Below are positions 58,761 through 64,000 of a stretch of DNA of 64,000 nucleotides, one piece after another; positions within the stretch are counted from its first letter, which is position 1, and every line of letters begins with the position of its first letter. The DNA lies in contig JASLXV010000067.1 in NCBI GenBank assembly GCA_030740155.1, forward strand, positions 32,001 through 96,000, in the 5' to 3' direction. The position numbers and the translations under genes were made by a program. Under the pieces are notes generated by a model, which had not been told where the DNA came from, searched no databases, and saw only the letters and a list, made by a program, of their open reading frames with translations. Source of the stretch: Dehalococcoidia bacterium (GTDB lineage: Bacteria; Chloroflexota; Dehalococcoidia; Lucifugimonadales; UBA3495).

Positions 58761-59744
58761 TTACTTCAAGTACTCCGCCAAGGTCCGGGCATTCGCCCGC
58801 ATCATCTCGATGTAGGTGCTTACATCCTCGTCCAAAACGTCGGAGTAGATCGTCCCAACGGCCACCCCGGCGTCTTGGGCGGCCCGCTCGATGACTTCCG
58901 ACCGGAACTGGGGCTCGACGAAGACCGCGGGGAGTCCCCCGTCGGCCACCTGGTCCAGGACGGCGACGATGGCTGCCGGAATCACGTCACCGGCGTCGCT
59001 GGAGACGAATGATGACACCTGCCATCCGTAGCGCCAGCCGAAATGGCGAAAGGCGTCGTGGAAGGTCACCAGGTGCCGGCGGTCCGGTCCCACCTGGCTC
59101 AAGGTTTGGGAGATATCGAGGTCCAGGTCACGTAACTCCTGGATGTAGGCTTCGGCGTTCGCCCGGTATTCCGAGGCGTGGTCCGGGTCGGCGCCGGCCA
59201 GGCTGTCCCGAACTCGCTCCACGGAGTGGATGGTGAGCAGAGGGTTCTGCCAGTAGTGGGGGTCCCCTGCCAGGTACTGAGGTTCGTCCGCGGGCCGGCC
59301 CTCGATGCTGCCCTCCAATCCCTCCGACGCGACCACGTGGACCGCGCCGGCCCCGCTGGCGGCCCGCAGCACCGGCTCCAGAAAGGCGTCCAACTCCAAG
59401 CCGTTGGACACGATGACCGCGGCCTGACTGATGTTGATGCTGTCAGTGGGGGTTGTTTGGAATGAATGCACGTCTGCCCCCGGCGGCACGATCGAGCGAA
59501 CCTCGACCCGGCTGCCACCCACGTTCTTGACCAGGTCGGCCAGGAGCACGGTGGTGGTGATCACCTGAAGCCGTGAATCATCGCCGGCAGGGCCGATGGT
59601 TTTCGCTTCATCCCCGCCGCAGGCCGCCAGCAGCCAAAATGCCGCCACGAGGGCCCAGGCGAGCGCAGGTTGGACTGGCGCCCGCCCCAGGAGTCCCGGT
59701 ACGCTCCCGGCTCCAAAGAAAGCCAATTTGATTTTGGTATCCAT
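58761..59744 (-). CDS. znuA: Zn/Mn ABC transporter substrate-binding lipoprotein
   Basis: LAAC lipobox, ADVHSF, DPHYW, FHDAF. Confidence 0.88.
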   Translation of the reverse strand: MDTKIKLAFFGAGSVPGLLGRAPVQPALAWALVAAFWLLAACGGDEAKTIGPAGDDSRLQVITTTVLLADLVKNVGGSRVEVRSIVPPGADVHSFQTTPTDSINISQAAVIVSNGLELDAFLEPVLRAASGAGAVHVVASEGLEGSIEGRPADEPQYLAGDPHYWQNPLLTIHSVERVRDSLAGADPDHASEYRANAEAYIQELRDLDLDISQTLSQVGPDRRHLVTFHDAFRHFGWRYGWQVSSFVSSDAGDVIPAAIVAVLDQVADGGLPAVFVEPQFRSEVIERAAQDAGVAVGTIYSDVLDEDVSTYIEMMRANARTLAEYLK

Positions 59745-59811
59745 ACGCCTGATCTCCTTTCCGTGCCCCGCCACGCTGAGTGGGATCAACACCGAGGCAG
59801 CGGCTGCTTTT

Positions 59812-59855
59812 TAATACCTGGTCTCACTAGCATTAACGAGTGAGACATTGTATCA
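59812..59855. promoter_or_regulatory. Two 7-1-7 Fur/Zur-type boxes upstream of znuA
   Basis: TAATACC-T-GGTCTCA (59812) and TGAGACA-T-TGTATCA (59841). Confidence 0.6.
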
Positions 59856-59874
59856 ATACTCCATAAAAAAAAGA

Positions 59875-60285
59875 CTAAGCCGTAGCGGGCTGGGCGCGGA
59901 CGCAGCCGCGGCAGCGCCCGTACACCTCCAACCAGTGGCCGCTGATCTGGAAGTCATGGGCCGACGATAGCCCCTGGAGGAGTTCCTCGATGTCACACCC
60001 CAGCAGGTCCTCGGAGGCCCCGCAATCCACGCATAGAAGGTGGTGGTGGTGCCCTCGGTGGCTTAGCTGATAGTGGAGCGTGCCATCTTCAAGAAGGACC
60101 CGGCAGAGGACCCCGGCCTCCACCAGCAGTTTCAAAGAGCGGTAGACGGTGGCCCGGCCCACTGCGGGCAACAGCCCCCGCAGCTCCTCGGCGGTAAAGT
60201 GACGCTGCTGGGCGGCGATGGCCTGGGCCACGGCCCGGCGAGGCGACGTCGACCGGTAGCCCTGCTCTTCCAGGGTATCCAGCAA
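59875..60285 (-). CDS. Fur-family regulator, probably Zur
   Basis: GYRSTSPRR, GRATVYRSL, HHHHLLCVDCG, YGRCRGC; directly upstream of znuACB. Confidence 0.88.
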   Translation of the reverse strand: MLDTLEEQGYRSTSPRRAVAQAIAAQQRHFTAEELRGLLPAVGRATVYRSLKLLVEAGVLCRVLLEDGTLHYQLSHRGHHHHLLCVDCGASEDLLGCDIEELLQGLSSAHDFQISGHWLEVYGRCRGCVRAQPATA

Positions 60286-60317
60286 CTGTTCTCCCAGCGA
60301 GAATCCCCGTTTACGTG

Positions 60318-60349
60318 CGATACCGGTTCCTTATTGATACCTTGTCCCG
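60318..60349. promoter_or_regulatory. Two weaker 7-1-7 boxes upstream of the Zur-like gene
   Basis: CGATACC-G-GTTCCTT and TGATACC-T-TGTCCCG. Confidence 0.45.
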
Positions 60350-60426
60350 ATTATGATTTGACTGTAGCACAATGGGGGCGGCAAGTCTAGGGTTGGTTGG
60401 TCCGGAGTGCCGCGGGCCGGATCGAC

Positions 60427-60474
60427 GAAATGCCCCTTGGTCCCCCTTTATAAAGGGGGACCAAGGGGCATTTC
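60427..60474. repeat. Perfect 48-bp palindrome (REP-like family D)
   Basis: GAAATGCCCCTTGGTCCCCCTTTA|TAAAGGGGGACCAAGGGGCATTTC; looser relatives near 18427, 33533, 62091. Confidence 0.9.
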
Positions 60475-60543
60475 ACCACAATATCAACCGATCCGAAGCA
60501 TATAAAGGAAGACCAGTAGGCCCGCCAACCCTGACCGGCGCTC

Positions 60544-61464
60544 CTACCGGTACCAGGAGTCGCCGGCGGGAGGCCAGGGGTTTTCTAGGACCAGCACCTG
60601 GGAGAGCTGGGTGAACACCCCTTTCATGGCGCCGGGGTGCAGCCAGATGCTGTTGAACCCCAGGTTGGTGTAATTGGCGGTGACGCGGGAAGAGGTGTAC
60701 CGCAGGCCCGTGCCCCGGATGTGATCGTCCATGGCCAGGGAATCGTCAATCTGGTAGATAACCAGGTAGATGCCCTCGCCGTACTTTTCCAGGAAACGGG
60801 CCGACGGCGCATTCTCGCTCTTGGGCTGAGCCAGCTCGATGAACGTGTCCTGGCCCGCCAGCGGAAGTACCACGATCTCCAGGTCGGTGAAGCTGATCTG
60901 ATGACGGGCCGTGACCTGGAGCCCGAACATCTCCCCCCAACGCTGTATGGCCTGCTCCAGGTCGCGCACCAGCACCGCCACCTGTCGGATCTGGCGGGTC
61001 AGCGGGCGCCATTCCTTTTTGTGCCAGTTGGGCCCGGCGGGCGGCCATGGGTTGCCGGTGGCGCCGACCTCCAGTATCTCCAGGAATGCCCCGTTGGCGG
61101 AGGCGGGATGGACGAAGGCGGAACGGTGGTCGTCCTGCTCGTTCTCCCCGGTGATGCGGACGCCGAGGGATTTGAGGTGCGGAATCAGCCGGTCGTACTC
61201 TTTCGTCTCGAAGACCAACAGGTAGGGGGCTTCACCTCGCCGGCTCAGGAACCTGGCCCCGGGGGAATCGCCTGAAGTGGGCTGGAGCAACTCGACGAAG
61301 GTGCCGTTCCCGGCCGGCAAGACCATGTTGGTAAGTCCGTATTCGGGCAGGTCATGGGATTCGCAGACTTCCAGGCCCAGGGCCCGCCGGTAAAGTTCGC
61401 GGCCTTCTTCCAGGTCGTTGACCATCATGGCCACTTGGCGCAACCGCTCCAACATGTCAGTCAC
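60544..61464 (-). CDS. Tandem-domain VOC/glyoxalase (methylmalonyl-CoA epimerase-like) protein
   Basis: Two repeats of RQVA..V.DLE..TF.EL.QP..ARFL...GE..YL..HP..NPWPPAG. Confidence 0.85.
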   Translation of the reverse strand: MTDMLERLRQVAMMVNDLEEGRELYRRALGLEVCESHDLPEYGLTNMVLPAGNGTFVELLQPTSGDSPGARFLSRRGEAPYLLVFETKEYDRLIPHLKSLGVRITGENEQDDHRSAFVHPASANGAFLEILEVGATGNPWPPAGPNWHKKEWRPLTRQIRQVAVLVRDLEQAIQRWGEMFGLQVTARHQISFTDLEIVVLPLAGQDTFIELAQPKSENAPSARFLEKYGEGIYLVIYQIDDSLAMDDHIRGTGLRYTSSRVTANYTNLGFNSIWLHPGAMKGVFTQLSQVLVLENPWPPAGDSWYR

Positions 61465-61589
61465 CTGCCAACGGGATTTGGCTTACCGGCCGAGAGGCCA
61501 AGTGGAGGGCAACCGGACATCGCACACGAGTTCCGTCCGGAGAGGTTCTCCAGGATCCGCTGGGACATCGCGGTGAACTTGCGACTGCC

Positions 61590-62024
61590 CTAGGGGCGGT
61601 TGGGTAGGGCCAGGATGGCCTTGCCGCCCACGTGGCGTTCGCCTTCGGCGCCGGTGAGCAGGATATCGCACTCGACCAGGTTCTCCCCGTTTTCCTCGCG
61701 GGTGTCGGTAACGGTGGCGGATATCTTCAGCGGTTTGTTGTGGGGGACCGGCTGGCGGAACACCAAGTCCAAGTCTTTGATGGTGTCCGGCCCGGCCCAG
61801 TTGGTCAGGAGCCGGGTCATCATCGCCATGGACATGATGCCGGGCACGATGGGGCCGGGAAGCCCCACCTTCTCCGCGGTCTCCTGGTCGGTGAACCGGC
61901 TGGCCTTGGCTTGGCCCCAGACGCGGCAGAATGCGAGCACCCGTTCGTCCGTAGCTTCGGTTTCCAGCGGTCCGATTTCAGCGCCAAGCTCGACGTCTTC
62001 TATATAAAGCAACTTAGTCCCCAT
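61590..62024 (-). CDS. MaoC-like hot-dog fold protein
   Basis: EDVELG, A..VGLPGPIVPG, FRQPV. Confidence 0.8.
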   Translation of the reverse strand: MGTKLLYIEDVELGAEIGPLETEATDERVLAFCRVWGQAKASRFTDQETAEKVGLPGPIVPGIMSMAMMTRLLTNWAGPDTIKDLDLVFRQPVPHNKPLKISATVTDTREENGENLVECDILLTGAEGERHVGGKAILALPNRP

Positions 62025-62196
62025 TTACCGGTTGTTGATTTGACGGCATTACTCGATTCATAAGATCGATCGTCAGCAAGAGCCCCGCTGCTTCCCCTTT
62101 GGCGAAGGGCGGCCGAGGGCGATTCGCGCGTGATCCTGTTTGCAAAATGGTGAACAGTTCATGGTTCCGGCACGGTGGCGCGCGGCCCGAACCGGG

Positions 62197-62634
62197 TCAC
62201 TCCTTCCTGGCGAAGGACTCCTGTACGTCGGCGACAACCTCGTTGTTCTGGTTGCGGAAGGTCGTCTCCCACACGATGAATACCATGGTGCCGCTGCGGC
62301 CCGTCTTCGGGTAGACATCTTTGAGATGGGAGGAAGCCGTCAGGAAGTCTCCGGCGACGATGGGCGCTCTGGGCTCGACTCGCTGCCCCGCGTGCATCTG
62401 CATTCGGCCAAACTTGATGTTGATGTTGGGCAGAGCCACCTTCCGGACCATCACCGTAACCAGGGTTGGCGGCGCAAGTTGCCCGCGGTAGCCCGCGGCC
62501 TTGGCGGCGGCCTCATCGAGAAATACGGGGTTGGTTTCGCTGAGGGCTCCGGTGAAGGTGTCGATCAGCTCCTTGGTCACCTCGAAGGGTCCGGCCAAGT
62601 GCTCCTTACCGTATAGAGAGCGGTCGTATTCCAT
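62197..62634 (-). CDS. MaoC N-terminal (FAS1_N-like) dehydratase protein
   Basis: ETNPVFLDE.AA..AGY...APPT, MHAGQ, PIVAGD, GTMVF, NQNNEVV. Confidence 0.82.
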   Translation of the reverse strand: MEYDRSLYGKEHLAGPFEVTKELIDTFTGALSETNPVFLDEAAAKAAGYRGQLAPPTLVTVMVRKVALPNINIKFGRMQMHAGQRVEPRAPIVAGDFLTASSHLKDVYPKTGRSGTMVFIVWETTFRNQNNEVVADVQESFARKE

Positions 62635-62720
62635 TACCAATTATGAATCTCCCTCTGCGGAATCACCGGGGCGTAAACGGTCTTCATCTGCCGTGGTGTT
62701 CCGGAGTTCCCGTAGCGCCG

Positions 62721-63383
62721 TTAACTGCCGGCGGCGCCGTTTATAGTAGCCTCCAGCCAGACCGGCTGGTACCGGCCGGAGAGGAGGGCTTCGACCAGCT
62801 CTTTCTCGCTGCCGACCCGCTCCTCAAAATTGGTGAGGCAGGTGCCGATGTGACTCGCTAAGTGGGCATCGCTTCCGCCGACCCCCCGGTAGCCGTACTT
62901 GTCGCAGAGGTCCGTGGCCCGTTCGTTCTCCCCTTTCCGGTTACCGCCGTTCAGCAGCTCGACGATGTGAACGTCCTCGAATTCCTCTCCCCGGTTCATG
63001 AAGTCGACCAGCCCGATGCCGAAGCGGCCGGGGTGGGCTGGAATCGCCAGGCCGCCGTGCTGCCGGGCTGCCCGCATCAGCTCGTGGGAGTCCATTCGCA
63101 CGTCGCCAAAATCGATATCATTGGTCAGCGCCTCGGTCACCCCGTACACCAGGAAATGGCCAAACCGGGTATCCAACTCCGAACCCTTCAGGACCAGTAC
63201 GCCGTATTCGGCCGCCATCTCCGAGTAGTCCTTGTCGAAGTCGAACTTCCGGTGCTCAGTGAGGACGATGCCGTCGACGTTGTAGCCTCGTTTTCGAAGG
63301 ACTTGAATCCACTTCAAGTACTGTTCCACAGTGGCCCGGGAGTCGTCGGAGGATATGGAATGGCAGTGCAGGTCCAGATACAT
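62721..63383 (-). CDS. PHP domain metallo-hydrolase
   Basis: DLHCHS, LTEH, GHFLV, PAHP, GGSDAH. Confidence 0.88.
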   Translation of the reverse strand: MYLDLHCHSISSDDSRATVEQYLKWIQVLRKRGYNVDGIVLTEHRKFDFDKDYSEMAAEYGVLVLKGSELDTRFGHFLVYGVTEALTNDIDFGDVRMDSHELMRAARQHGGLAIPAHPGRFGIGLVDFMNRGEEFEDVHIVELLNGGNRKGENERATDLCDKYGYRGVGGSDAHLASHIGTCLTNFEERVGSEKELVEALLSGRYQPVWLEATINGAAGS

Positions 63384-63548
63384 ATTGAGGGCGGTTCCTC
63401 CCAATTCAGTTGCCGGGGTTCAAATCGGCCGGTGAATGCCCGAGGTGACGGTGGAAAATCGAGACTAAGGCGGACGCCGACCGTGAACATAATAACGGTT
63501 GGCGGGAGATTCATCAACCACCCGTGACCGATCCGGAGGGGTCCCGGG

Positions 63549-64000
63549 TCAACTGCCGGTGGCCGAATCGAGCCAGCGGGTGAAGCGTCCGGCCAGGGCC
63601 ACCGGGTCTTCCAGTAGAAAGGGGACCGAGGCGTTTCCAGGCGCGATTTTCATGAGAATGAAGCCGGGTTCCCGGGTATTCACCGCCTCGGAGATCGATT
63701 GTTTCAGGGTTTCCAGGTCGTCGGCCTTCCAGGTGCGAAGGCCGCACTCGGCGGCGATGACCGCCAGGTCCAGCCTGGTCGTGAAGGTTGGCTGACCGCC
63801 GGTGGAGGCGTACTGCTCGTTGTCCAGGACGATCAGGAGCAGGTTTTCGGGCCGCAAAAAACCTATTGTGGTCAGGGCGTTCAGGTTGGTCAGCATCCCC
63901 CCGTCGCCCTCAACGCCCACCACCCGTCGCCCGGAGTCTTGCTCCAGACCCAGGCTTAAGCCCAAGACGATGGGGCCGACCAGGCCCATGGCTTCCACCA
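63549..64000 (-). CDS. ComE-like ThDP decarboxylase beta subunit (5' truncated by window edge)
   Basis: MGLVGP..LGLSLG, EGDGG, LDNEQYASTGGQP. Confidence 0.85.
   Translation of the reverse strand, partial: VEAMGLVGPIVLGLSLGLEQDSGRRVVGVEGDGGMLTNLNALTTIGFLRPENLLLIVLDNEQYASTGGQPTFTTRLDLAVIAAECGLRTWKADDLETLKQSISEAVNTREPGFILMKIAPGNASVPFLLEDPVALAGRFTRWLDSATGS

Noticed and set aside
1..64000. tRNA, rRNA, tmRNA or prophage genes
   Set aside because: No cloverleaf, rRNA signature or phage structural genes recognised by eye; a tRNAscan/Infernal run would be needed to exclude them

Overview
GC-rich bacterial chromosome segment. Gene content points to Chloroflexota, probably Dehalococcoidia/SAR202-like; this is inference from the rsmH-ftsA-ftsZ-nrdR block with no peptidoglycan genes, several ComD/ComE-like ThDP subunits and a divergent PurN. 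Most of the window is housekeeping: korAB, dprA-topA-xerC-aroQ-M24 peptidase-efp-xseAB-purN, tig-clpP-clpX, rsmH-ftsA-ftsZ, nrdR-nrdJ, pdxA, proC-yggT-degV-kinase-pepA, asnS and gatCA. There are three metal-regulator/transporter modules (Fur-like + UreH/NiCoT-like; DtxR + Fe3+ ABC; Zur-like + ZnuABC) and small catabolic clusters. Most notable non-obvious signals: (1) a ~1.8 kb islet between pdxA and proC that looks like a decaying integron cassette array without an integrase, with a 58-bp attC-like site, a GTTAGAC core site, an unknown Zn-finger/helical gene, one intact and one broken toxin-antitoxin module; (2) nested CTAG/TAG-bounded MITE-like elements carrying REP-like palindromes between efp and xseA, with relatives across the window; (3) an EF-P with Gln at the normally modified loop tip; (4) a ThDP decarboxylase locus with a second beta subunit that has lost its cofactor motif; (5) readable operator sets (NrdR box pairs, Zur-type boxes, a candidate DtxR site). 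No tRNA, rRNA or CRISPR array was recognised. All calls come from reading sequence and motifs by eye; no searches were run.
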